Shown here piece after piece: positions 46,437 to 56,985 of a stretch of 64,000 bases of DNA; the stretch's first letter is position 1; every line of letters begins with the position of its first letter. The notes beneath the pieces were generated by a model, which ran no database searches, was not told the DNA's origin, and was given only the letters and a program-made list of their open reading frames with translations. This stretch comes from an uncultured Gemmataceae bacterium (GTDB taxonomy: Bacteria; Planctomycetota; Planctomycetia; Gemmatales; Gemmataceae): contig CAVVPN010000012.1 of the NCBI GenBank assembly GCA_963750165.1, positions 1-64,000 of the forward strand, given 5' to 3'. A program made the translations under genes and the position numbers.

Positions 46437-47771
46437 ATGCTGAGCCGTGCCCTGAGACGTGGCGTTTCCGGTTCCTGGATCGCCGCGGTCGTCCTGTTGT
46501 GCCTTGTTGCGGCGCCGGCCGCCTGGGCAGCAGCCAATCGTGCCGCCCGGTGCGAAGCTGGAAAAGGTCTTCGACCTCGGCGTGGTGCTGACCGAGGGCG
46601 TTGCCGTGGCGCCGGACGGCATGGTGTATTTACAGTGACATCACCTTCTCCCACGTCGCCCGGGACAGGAAGGGCGTGATCGAGGCGGGCCACATCTGGA
46701 AGTACGACCCGCGGACGGGCAAGACGGTCATCTTCCGCTCGCCCAGCGGCATGTCCAACGGCATCAAGTTCGACGCCGCGGGCAAGATGATCGTGGCGGA
46801 GGGGGCGGACTTCGGCGGCCGCCGCGTGCAGGGGCACCGACATGAAGACGGGCAAGAGCTATATCGATCGCCGGCCTGAGTTCGAGGGCCGGCCGTTCGA
46901 CTCGCCACCGGCAAGCGTACCTGGGAGGCGGAGGCGGAGAGCTATTTCCCACACCTGCCGGCCGCGTTCACCCCCGACGGGCAGCAGCTGGCAGTCTATA
47001 GCTCGATAAAGGGCCCTCAATGACCTCACCATCGACGAGCGGGGCCGCATCTAACTTCAAGCGACCCGCGCTACCTGGGCCGCGAACCGATCGAGCAGCC
47101 GGTCCAGGCCGTCTAACCGCATCGACCCTGACGGCTCGATCCACCGGATCATCACCGACGCCGGCAGGCCCAACGGCGTGCTGTGTCGGATCGCCCGACC
47201 AGAAGACGCTCGTACGTGGTGAGCAACGACAACGGCACGACCGCCATCGGCCGTATGCCGAAGGACGCACGCCTGCACAAGGGCCGCATCGGCTCTGCTG
47301 GCCTACGATCTGGCGGCAGACGGCACGGCCCGGTTCCGCAAGACGCTCGTGGACTCGCTGCGGCCGCCGCCCAGGACCCCGCCGGCCCCGACGGCCTGGA
47401 ACCTGTGACGTCGAGGGCAACCTATACGTGCCGTCCGCGAGAGACCAAAGGCGGCGCGGCATCCTGGAAGCGTCTACTCGCCTGTCCCTGTGCTGACGCC
47501 AAAGCAGTTGGCCCAGCTGATCGCGGACCTGGACAGCCCGGCGTTCAAGGTGCGCGACGCGGCCATGAAGCGCCTGACGAGCGTGGGCGTGCAGGCGAAG
47601 CCGGCCCTGGAGGGCTGGAAGGAACTGGCTTACCTGCAAAACGGAGATTCCAACGAACGTGGGGTTCGCCCGGGGGGACGAGGCCAACGATGCTGTACAT
47701 CACCGGCGGGCAAGAGTCTGTACCGCATCCGGCTGAACAGTAAAGGCTCCCACCTGCCGCCGAAGAAGTAG
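46437..47771 (+). pseudogene. SMP-30/gluconolactonase family gene, heavily frameshifted and interleaved with WD40 fragments
   Basis: TEGVAVAPDG, SDI, SNGIKFD, PNDL, PNGV, PDG, LYITGGKSLYRI fragments in changing frames. Confidence 0.6.
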
Positions 47772-47937
47772 CGGCCGACCTCCAGCAACCGGAAGAACGC
47801 CTCCACCAGCGGCGCCAAAGTCACCGATTTTTCCTCACACCCTGTCACAGTCGGCGGTCAGCCCCGTATCAGAGGGCGAACGGTGTGATCGCCGGCGACG
47901 GTCGTGCGGCGGTTCCCCGAGAGCGAGGAGTTCTCCC

Positions 47938-48807
47938 ATGAAGCGTTCCCTGTTCCTCAAGGCTGCTCTGGTGATCGTGGTGCTGGCCGGTGTCGTCCCG
48001 ATGGTCCGGGCGCAATCCGCGCCTGCCCAGGCCCCTGCCGGGTCCGGCAACGGCAAGGCGATGGTCAACAACAACGTGATGACGGCGAATCGCCTGGCCG
48101 ACCTGCTCCGGCTGGACGGGCACAAGGCCGAGATCAAGACCTTCAAGAATGGCGGCCAGACGGTCGTCGGCACCATCCTCCGCGACAACTGGCGGTTTGT
48201 CTTGGAGTTCGAGTTCAACAGCAAGGGCAATAACATGAACGTCATTTGCCCGCTGGGCAACCCCACCGCCAGGTTCTCGGCGGACCAGCTACTGGCCCTG
48301 ATGAAGAAGAGCTACGAACTGCCCACGCCGGTGCATTTCGCTTACCGGGCTGGCGACCAGCGGCTGTGCCTGGAGGACCCCAACTACGCCACCTTCAACA
48401 TGACAGCCGCGGGCCTACGCAGCATCCTGGACCGCGTGATGAAGACGGCGCGCGACACCTACCCGCTGTGGGACACCAACCGCTGGCCAGTAAACGGCCC
48501 GGCGCCGGCCGCCCAGGCTCCGGTGGCCGCTCCGGCCGTCAACCCGGGTCTGGTCAACACCACCTGGGTCGGCAGCGAGAACCTGGGCGGCTACGGCCGG
48601 CTGGAGTTCCGCTTCCAGGCCAACGGCCAGGTCACCATGATTGACAGCGACGGCACCCAGCAGGGCACCTGCACCGTGGCCGGCAACACCGTGACGCTGC
48701 GGTTCTACCAGGGCACGGTGGTCTACACCGGCACGCTCACCGGCCAGGGGCTGGCCGGCACCGCCACGAACGGCAAGAGCACCTGGAAGTTCGCCGTCAG
48801 CCGCTGA
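47938..48807 (+). CDS. Secreted two-domain hypothetical protein
   Basis: Signal peptide, GAGGAG RBS, LLALMKKSYE...TYPLW domain, Pro/Ala linker, beta-barrel C-domain. Confidence 0.75.
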   Translation: MKRSLFLKAALVIVVLAGVVPMVRAQSAPAQAPAGSGNGKAMVNNNVMTANRLADLLRLDGHKAEIKTFKNGGQTVVGTILRDNWRFVLEFEFNSKGNNMNVICPLGNPTARFSADQLLALMKKSYELPTPVHFAYRAGDQRLCLEDPNYATFNMTAAGLRSILDRVMKTARDTYPLWDTNRWPVNGPAPAAQAPVAAPAVNPGLVNTTWVGSENLGGYGRLEFRFQANGQVTMIDSDGTQQGTCTVAGNTVTLRFYQGTVVYTGTLTGQGLAGTATNGKSTWKFAVSR

Positions 48808-48908
48808 GCGCGAATACGGCGACAAAAACGGGAAGCACAAAATCATGAAGACAAATACAAATGTCTTCATGATTTTGTGCTTCCCGTTTTTGTCGCCGTT
48901 CTCCCCCG

Positions 48909-49343
48909 TCACTTTTTCTGCTTCACCTCCTGCCCGGTGTTCACGTCGAATTCGCGCCGGCTGTTGCCGGCCTCGCGCACAATGAGGGTGCGGCCGTCCG
49001 GCGCGAAACGCAGGTTGACCACACCGGCGTTCAGCCCGATCCGCAGGAGTTGTCTGCCGCTCGCCCCGTCCCACAGGGCGAGGGTGCGATCCGCGCTGCC
49101 GGAGGCCAGGAGCTTGCCGTCCGGGCTGTAGGCGAGCACGGTCACCCTGTCCTTGTGGCCCTGCATTTTCATCAGCAACTTGCCGGTGCCCAGGTCGGCC
49201 ACGGTGATGATCGCGTTGTCGGCCTTCGCCAGGCGTTTTTGATCGGGACTGGTTGCGGTGACCTGCTTCTGGTCCTGTGCGGTTCCCGTCGCCAGGGTCA
49301 GCAGCAGGGTGCTAACGCTCAGCAGGGGGATGCTTCTCGGCAT
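48909..49343 (-). CDS. Small secreted WD40-repeat protein
   Basis: GHKDRVTVLAYSPDGKLLASGSADRTLALWD. Confidence 0.8.
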   Translation of the reverse strand: MPRSIPLLSVSTLLLTLATGTAQDQKQVTATSPDQKRLAKADNAIITVADLGTGKLLMKMQGHKDRVTVLAYSPDGKLLASGSADRTLALWDGASGRQLLRIGLNAGVVNLRFAPDGRTLIVREAGNSRREFDVNTGQEVKQKK

Positions 49344-49554
49344 GGTGCCTCCGTGGTTCGGGGCGAACGTGAGAAACCGTTACCAACACGACGGCCGAGC
49401 GGACGGGACCGTTTGCCCGCGGCCCGAAACTCCGATACTGATACCAGCGTAATGCCCCGGCGAGCGGCGCGGCGTCAGCCCGCCGGTGCCGGCGCTACCG
49501 GCGGGCTGACGCCGCGCCGCTCGCCCGGAGAATGACCGAGGGAAGCCAACGATC

Positions 49555-51429
49555 ATGGGTTATCGTAGTCTGCGCGAGTGCGTTGACGACCTGCACCGCA
49601 ACGGTATGCTGGTGCGCATCGACGAGGAAATCGATCCGCACCTGGAAGCGGCCGAGGTCCAGCGCCGCGTCTACCAGGCTCAGGGGCCGGCGGTGTTCTT
49701 CGCCCACGTCAAGGGCTGTCGCTTTCCGATGGTCAGCAACCTCTTCGGCACCCGTGAACGCACCCGTTTCCTCTTCCGCGACACCCTCGACACCGTGCGC
49801 CGCCTGGTGGAACTGAAGATTGATCCCGGGGCGTTCTGGAAGCGGCCCTGGCGCTATCGCAACGTGCCGGCCACGCTCTGGCACCTGCGGCCGAAGTTCG
49901 TCCGCTCCGCGCCGATCCTCAACCATCAGATTGTGCTGAGCCAGCTGCCGCAGGTCGTGTGCTGGCCGCGCGACGGCGGCCCGTTCATCACCCTGCCACA
50001 GGTCTACAGCGAAAACGTCGAGCGGCCCGGTTGGCGCGGCTCCAACCTGGGCATGTATCGCATTCAGCTGGCCGGCAACCAGTACAAGCCCGAACGCCAG
50101 GCGGGCCTGCACTACCAGATTCACCGCACCATCGGCGTCCACCACGCGGCGGCGCTGCGGCGCGGCGTCCCTTTCCGTGTCAGCGTCTTCGTTGGCGGCC
50201 CGCCGGCCATGACGCTCGCGGCGGTGATGCCGTTGCCGGAGACGCTGCCGGAACTCGCCTTCGCCGGGGCGCTCGGCGGCCGGCGCGTGCGGCTGGTGTC
50301 GGTGCCCACGGCCAGCCACGGTGAACAGCCCGCCATCATCGCCGCGGACGCCGACTTCTGCATCACCGGCACCGTCGATCCGGAGCCGCTGCCGGAAGGG
50401 CCGTTCGGCGATCACCTCGGCTATTACAGCTTGCAGCACCCATTCCCGGTGCTGAACGTCGAGCACGTCCTGCACCGACCCGGAGCGATCTGGCCGTTCA
50501 CCGTCGTCGGCCGGCCGCCGCAGGAGGATACCAGTTTCGGCCAGATCATCCACGATATCACCGGCCCGGTCATTCCAACGGTGGTCCACGGCGTCAAGGC
50601 GGTCCACGCGGTCGATGCCGCCGGCGTCCATCCGCTGCTGCTGGCCATCGGCAGCGAACGCTACGTCCCCTATGCGCAGGAGCGGCGGCCGCAGGAGTTG
50701 CTGACCTGTGCCAACGCCATCCTTGGTCAGGGGCAGTTGTCGCTTGCCAAGTATTTGCTGATCGTCGCCCAGGAGGACAACCCGGCGCTGGACATTCACG
50801 ACATCGCGGCGTTCTTCCGGCACCTGCTGGAGCGCGTGGACTGGCGGCGCGACTTGCACTTCCAGACCTGCACGACGATGGACACGCTGGACTACTCCGG
50901 CAGCGGCTTCAACGCGGGCTCCAAGCTGGTCATCGCCGCGGCGGGGCCGGTGCGCCGCCAGCTGCCGACGACGCTGCCGCCGGACCTGTCGCTGCCGAAG
51001 AGCTTCCGGGGGCCGCGCGTCTGTCTGCCGGGTGTGCTCGCGGTCCACAGTCCGCCGTACCAGGCGGCCGAGCCGAAGGCGGCGAACGGCCTGGAGGCCG
51101 AGGCGGCCGCGGCGCGCTTCTGCAAGGCACTGTCCCCCGGCGACGCGCTCAACCAGTTTCCGCTGATTGTGCTGGTCGATGACAGCGAGTTCACGGCGCG
51201 GTCGCTGAGCAATTTCCTGTGGGTGACGTTCACGCGCTCCGACCCGGCGGCGGACGTGCTCGGCGTCGGAGCCGGATTGCGGCAGAAGCATTTCGGTTGT
51301 GAGGGGGCGCTGGTGATCGATGCGCGGGTCAAGCCGCACCACGCGCCGGCGCTGGAACCGGACCCGGCTGTCAGCCGTCGTGTCGATGCCCTGGCGGCGC
51401 CGGGCGGGCCGCTGCATCGCATGATTTAG
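49555..51429 (+). CDS. UbiD family decarboxylase
   Basis: NLFGT, DGGPFITLP, NLGMYR, EGPFGDHLGYY, VGRPPQED, DTLDYS. Confidence 0.92.
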   Translation: MGYRSLRECVDDLHRNGMLVRIDEEIDPHLEAAEVQRRVYQAQGPAVFFAHVKGCRFPMVSNLFGTRERTRFLFRDTLDTVRRLVELKIDPGAFWKRPWRYRNVPATLWHLRPKFVRSAPILNHQIVLSQLPQVVCWPRDGGPFITLPQVYSENVERPGWRGSNLGMYRIQLAGNQYKPERQAGLHYQIHRTIGVHHAAALRRGVPFRVSVFVGGPPAMTLAAVMPLPETLPELAFAGALGGRRVRLVSVPTASHGEQPAIIAADADFCITGTVDPEPLPEGPFGDHLGYYSLQHPFPVLNVEHVLHRPGAIWPFTVVGRPPQEDTSFGQIIHDITGPVIPTVVHGVKAVHAVDAAGVHPLLLAIGSERYVPYAQERRPQELLTCANAILGQGQLSLAKYLLIVAQEDNPALDIHDIAAFFRHLLERVDWRRDLHFQTCTTMDTLDYSGSGFNAGSKLVIAAAGPVRRQLPTTLPPDLSLPKSFRGPRVCLPGVLAVHSPPYQAAEPKAANGLEAEAAAARFCKALSPGDALNQFPLIVLVDDSEFTARSLSNFLWVTFTRSDPAADVLGVGAGLRQKHFGCEGALVIDARVKPHHAPALEPDPAVSRRVDALAAPGGPLHRMI

Positions 51430-51430
51430 C

Positions 51431-51837
51431 GCGGTTCGCAGTGGCGTGGACCACGAACGGCAGGTCGGCGCTGCCAGGCGCCGATTCTCGACGTAATGAA
51501 AACGTTGGCGTTCTTGGCGTTCTTGGCGTCCTTGCTGTGGCAACCGCCGCCGGTGGTGGTCGCGCCGTGCCAACCGCACGGGGCCAGGGCGCCAAATCTC
51601 GACGTGTGAAAAAGTTGGCCCCCTTGGCCTCCTTGGCCCCCTTGCTGCGACAGCGCAGGCCGCTGGTGGTCAGCCCGTGCCCGCCGCCCACTCGTGTGCA
51701 AGGTCACCGCACCTGGAGCGGTTCGCGTTTGGGTAGCGCACAAGTCGTGGGATGGCTCTCCAGAGCCGTCAGCGTTCTCCCGACGGCTCTGGAGAGCCGT
51801 CCCACGACTTGTGGTCCACGCGACTGGGAACCGCTCT
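51431..51837. repeat. Composite intergenic repeat element
   Basis: 24-bp terminal inverted repeats (22/24), two imperfect ~95-bp direct repeats and an internal GGCTCTCCAGAGCC REP doublet. Confidence 0.7.
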
Positions 51838-51956
51838 GAACTGCCGTCGATCAGGTGCGAACCAATCCATGTCAACCTTCCTTCCGATAGAACCGATAAA
51901 AACGATAAGTGTAGAATCGCCGAAAAGGATGGCTCCCGGCGTGAGGGAGAACAATC

Positions 51957-53534
51957 GTGGACCGGAAGGCGTGGCCTGAGTTAACGCGGCGGAGCGTGGC
52001 GCGCTGCGCAGTCTGGGCTGGCCTCCTGGCAATCGCTCTGTCCGGGACCAGTCGCGCCCAGCAACCCCCGGTTGCCTATCTCTTGCCGCCCGTGGCCGAA
52101 GCTGCCCCGGCTCCGCCCACGACGCCTCTGCCGCCTGCCGCCCAGGCCGAACCGCAGGACCATACCTTTGCCATCAACCTGGCCACCGCCCTGCACCTGG
52201 CCGGGGTCGCGCCGCTGGACATCGCCCTGGCGGTCGCCCGTGTCCAGGCCGCCGACGCCCAGCTGAGCCGCACCAATGTGCTCTGGCTGCCGACCATCTA
52301 CCTGGGCTCCGACTACGCCCGCTCGGACGGTCAGCTGCAGGCTGTGGCCGGCCAAAGTTTCACCACTAGCAAGAGTTCGCTGCTGCTCGGCGCCGGCCCC
52401 AGTGCCGTGTTCGCCCTCAGCGACGCCATTTTCGCGCCGCTGGCCGCCCGCCGGGTGCGGGCGGCCAGCGAGGCCGGCGTGCAGATCGCGCGCAACGACA
52501 GCCTGCTGGCGGTGGCCGAGGCGTACTTCAACGTGCAGCAGGCGCGCGGCGAACTGATTGCGGCCATCGAGACGGTGCGCCGCACCGAGGAACTGGTCCG
52601 CAAGGCCGATGTGCTGGCCGAGGGCCTGACGTTGCCCGCCGAGGCTGACCGTGCCCGCGCCGAATTGGGGCGGCGCCGGCAGGCGGTGCAGCTGGCCCAG
52701 GAACGCTGGCAGATCGCCAGCGCCGAGTTGACGCGGTTGCTGCGGTTGCAGCCCGGCACCCTGGTTGAGCCGCTGGAGGCGCCGCACCTGACGGTGTCGC
52801 TGCTCGACCTCAACGTGCCGGTGGACGACCTGATCGCTCTGGGGTTGACGCGCCGTCCGGAGCTGGCGGCTGCGCAGGCGCTGGTGCAGGCGACGCTGGC
52901 GCGGCTGCGGCAGGAGCGAATTCGGCCGCTGATCCCGAGCATCCTGCTGCGCGGCAACGGCACCAACCCAGCCGGCACGCTGTCGAGCGGCTACTTCGGG
53001 GGCGGTGTCAACAGCAATCTGTCGAATTTCAGTGCCCGCAACAGCATGGACCTGCAGGTGCTCTGGGAACTGCAAAACCTGGGGCTGGGCAACCTGGCCG
53101 CGGTGCGCGAGCGCGAGGCGGAGAAGCAGGCGGCGACGCTGGAGCTGTGGCGGACGCAGGACCGCATCGCCGCGGAGGTGGTGCAGGCGCACGCCCAGGC
53201 GGCACGGGCGCAGGACCGGCTGCGCCTGGCGGAGGGTGCCGTGCAGTTTGCGGTCGGGACCGCGGACAAGAGTATCGAAGGGCTCAAGGCCCGGCGCGTC
53301 GGCGAGATGCTGGTGCTGGTGGTGCGGCCGCAGGAGGCGGTGGCTGCGGTGCAGGCGCTGGCCCAGGCGTACCTCGATTACTACGGCGCCGTCGGCGACG
53401 TGAACCGGGCACAGTTCCGGTTGTACCGGGCGCTCGGGCAGCCGGCGCAGTGCCTGATTCCGCCGGCGCCGCTCCCGGCCAGCGCCCCGGCTGTCGGCCC
53501 TGCCGGAAATGGCGGCGCCTTCCGTACTCCTTAA
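51957..53534 (+). CDS. TolC family outer membrane efflux protein
   Basis: LWLPTI, VAEAYFNVQQA, RRPELA, AQFRLYRALG. Confidence 0.85.
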   Translation: MDRKAWPELTRRSVARCAVWAGLLAIALSGTSRAQQPPVAYLLPPVAEAAPAPPTTPLPPAAQAEPQDHTFAINLATALHLAGVAPLDIALAVARVQAADAQLSRTNVLWLPTIYLGSDYARSDGQLQAVAGQSFTTSKSSLLLGAGPSAVFALSDAIFAPLAARRVRAASEAGVQIARNDSLLAVAEAYFNVQQARGELIAAIETVRRTEELVRKADVLAEGLTLPAEADRARAELGRRRQAVQLAQERWQIASAELTRLLRLQPGTLVEPLEAPHLTVSLLDLNVPVDDLIALGLTRRPELAAAQALVQATLARLRQERIRPLIPSILLRGNGTNPAGTLSSGYFGGGVNSNLSNFSARNSMDLQVLWELQNLGLGNLAAVREREAEKQAATLELWRTQDRIAAEVVQAHAQAARAQDRLRLAEGAVQFAVGTADKSIEGLKARRVGEMLVLVVRPQEAVAAVQALAQAYLDYYGAVGDVNRAQFRLYRALGQPAQCLIPPAPLPASAPAVGPAGNGGAFRTP

Positions 53535-53647
53535 CGGGTTGATCGCAGCGTTCGGTTGGAGCGCCCGTCTCGACCTGTTATAATCCCCCCTGTCCGCCCC
53601 TTTTTCCTGACCGCTTCCCAGGAAAACCAACGCCGAGGCTGCCGCTG

Positions 53648-56600
53648 ATGAATCCCCTCACATTCGCGCTGCGTCACCCGGTCACCGTGCTGGTGGCGCT
53701 GGTGGCGCTGGTCGGCGGCGGCGTGCTGGCCGTCGCGCGCATGAAGGTCGATATTTTCCCCTCGCTGAACCTGCCCGTCGTCTACGTCGCGCAGCCCTAC
53801 GGCGGTATGGACCCGGCCCAGATGGAAGGGCTGATCGCCAACTATTACGAGTATCATTTCCTGTACATCGGCGGCATCCACCACGTCGAGTCAAAGAACG
53901 TGCAGGGCGTCGCCCTGATGAAGCTGTACTTCCATCCCGGCACCGACATGGCCCAGGCGATGGCCGAGACGGTCGGCTACGTCAACCGTTCACGCGCCTT
54001 CATGCCGCCGGGAACGGTGCCGCCGTTCATCATGCGTTTCGACACCGGCAGCGTACCAGTTGGCTACCTCGTGCTCTCCAGCGAGACGAAATCCATCGGC
54101 GAGATCCAGGACCAGGCCCTGTTCAAGGTGCGGCCGATGTTCGCCAGCATTTCGGGCGTGTCGGCGCCGCCGCCGTTTGGCGGCAGTCAGCGCACCGTCG
54201 TCATCCGCGTCGATCCCGACCTCCTGCGCGCAGGGGGGTCTCGCCGGATGACGTGGTGCAGGCGCTGGCGTCCGGCAACAGCGTCAGCCCATCCGGCAAC
54301 GTCCGCACCACCGACGCGATGCCGCTGGTGCCGGTCGATTCGATGGTGGTGCGGCCGAAGGAACTGGGCACCATCCCGCTGGGCAAAAGCGGCAAGGTGT
54401 TCCTGCGCGACGTGGCCCCGGTGATCGAGGACGCCAGTGACATCGCCACTGGCTACGCGCTGGTCAACGGCAAGCGCGCGGTGTACATCCTGGCGACCCG
54501 GCGCGCGGACGCCTCGACCGTCGCGGTGGTCGATGCCATCAAGGCGAACCTGCCGAAAATGCAGGCTCAGCTGCCCGACGACATCAAGGTCAGCTTCGAG
54601 TTCGACCAGTCGCCGTACGTCACCAATGCCGTGCGCACCGTTGCCATCGAGGCCGTGCTCGGGGCGGTGCTGACCGGGCTGATGGTGCTGCTGTTCCTGC
54701 GCGACTGGCGCAGCGTCATCGTGGTGGTGCTGAACATCCCGCTGGCGCTGACCGGCTCGCTGGTGGCGCTGGCGCTGACGGGCCAGACGATCAACCTAAT
54801 GACGCTGGGCGGCCTGGCGCTGTCGGTGGGCATTCTGGTTGATGAGGCGACGGTGGAGGTCGAGAACATCCACACGCAGATGGAGAAGACAGGCTCGATC
54901 GCGCTGGCGGTGCGGCGCGGCAACGCGGAGACGGCGGTGCCGCGCTTGCTGGCGATGCTGTGCGTGCTGGCGGTGTTCATTCCGTCGTTCTTCATGCAGG
55001 GCTCGGCGCAGGCGCTGTTCGCGCCGCTGGCGCTGGCGGTCGGCTTCGCCATGATCGCGTCGTATCTGCTGTCGAGTTCGTTCGTGCCGGTGCTGTCGGT
55101 CTATCTGCTGCGGCACCAGCAACAACACATCCAGGCGGCGCACGGCCCGTCGCCGTTGGTGCTGTGGTATCAGCGCACGCTGGCCGCGGTCACGGCCCGG
55201 CGCGGCGTGCTTGTGCCGGCGTACCTCGTCGGGACCGTGGCGGTGGTCGTGCTGCTGGGACGGCTGCCCGGTGTGGAAATCTTCCCGCGTGTCGATGCCG
55301 GCCAGTTCCAGTTCCGGCTGCGAGCGCCCGTCGGCACGCGCATCGAGGAAACCGAGGCCGTCGTGCAGGAGGCCCTGCGCTTCATCAAGGACGAGGCTGG
55401 CCCGGATGCCGTGGAGATCAGCGCCGGTTTCGTCGGCGTCGTGCCGTCGAGCTACCCGATCAACACGATCTACCTGTGGACCGGCGGCCCCGAGGAAGCG
55501 CTGATGCGCGTGGCGCTGCGGCACGATTCGGGCGTTGCCGTCGAGGATTTGAAGCGGCGGCTGCGCGAGAAACTGCCGGGCCACTTGCGGGAATGGCTGA
55601 TACAGCGCTGGCTGGCGGAGGGAGTCTCGTCCGCCCGGGTCGAGGAGCGCGTCACGGACCTGCAGCTGTCGTTCGAGCCGGCGGACATCGTCAACGAGGT
55701 GATGAGCTTCGGCTCGCCGACGCCGGTGGAAATCCAGGTCAGCGGCCCCAGGCTGGCCGAGAACAGCGCTCACGCCGAGAAGATTCGCCGCGAGCTGGAG
55801 AAGATCGCGGCGCTGCGCGACCTGCGCACGGTGCCGTCGCTGGAGTACCCGACGCTGTCGGTGCGCATCAACCGCGAGAAGGCCAGCTTCAGCGGCGTCA
55901 CCGCGGACGACGTGGCAAAAGCGCTGGTGGTCGGCACCTCGTCGAGCCGCTTCACGATGCCGAACTACTGGCGCGACCCAAACAGCGGCATCGGCTACCA
56001 GGTGCAGGTGGAAATTCCGCAGCGGCTCATGGGCCGCAAGCTCGACATTGAAATGATCCCGGTGAAGCGCGTCGGCGGGCGGCTGGTGCTGCTGCGCGAC
56101 GTGGCGGACGTGGTCGAGGACACGATGCCGGGCGAGTTCGACCGCTACAACATGCGGCGGCTGGTGAGCCTGACGGCTAACGTTGAGGGCGCGGACCTGG
56201 GCCGGGTCAGCGAGCAGGTCGAGCAGGCCATCCGGGACGCGGGGCCGGCGCCGGCGGGCGTGCTGGTGGACGTGCGCGGTCAGGTGACGCCGCTCCAGGA
56301 ACTGACACGCGGCCTGGCGTTTGGCCTGGGGCTGGCGGTGGCGGTGATTCTGCTGTTGTTGACGGCGTATTTCCAGTCACCGCGGCTGGCGCTGGTGGCG
56401 GTGGCGGCGGTGCCGGCGGTGCTGGCGGGCGTGGTGCTGGCGCTACTGCTGACCGGCACGACATTGAACCTGCAGTCGTTCATGGGCGCGATCATGGCGG
56501 TCGGCGTCGCGGTGGCCAACGCGATCTTGCTGGTGACGTTCGCGGAGCGCCACCGCCGGCAGCAGGGCGGCGCCCTGGCAGCGGCGCTGGCGGGGGCACG

Positions 56601-56883
56601 GGCGCGGCTGCGGCCGATCCTGATGACCAGCGCCGCGATGATCGCGGGCATGGTGCCGATGGCGCTGGGCCTGGGCGAGAGCGGCGATCAGACGGCGCCA
56701 CTGGGCCGGGCGGTGATCGGCGGCCTGGTGGCCTCGACGCTGGCGACGCTGGGCGTGTTACCGGCGGTGTTCGCGCTGGTGATGAGCGGCGCCAGCACAA
56801 AGTCGGCATCGCTGGACGCGCTGGACCCGGCGAGCCCGTATTATGTGCCACACGAGGGCGAGACGCAGCCCGGGGCCGTGTAG
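53648..56883 (+). CDS. RND efflux transporter permease; frameshift near 54235
   Basis: [41 protein letters not shown]. Confidence 0.92.
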
Positions 56884-56985
56884 TCTTCGGGTCAGCCGCA
56901 TTTTCGTGGGGCAAGCTGGAAAGCCTGCCCCATGAAAATGCGGTTGAACGAAGGGACCCGATCAGCGAATATGCGAGGGCCTATC

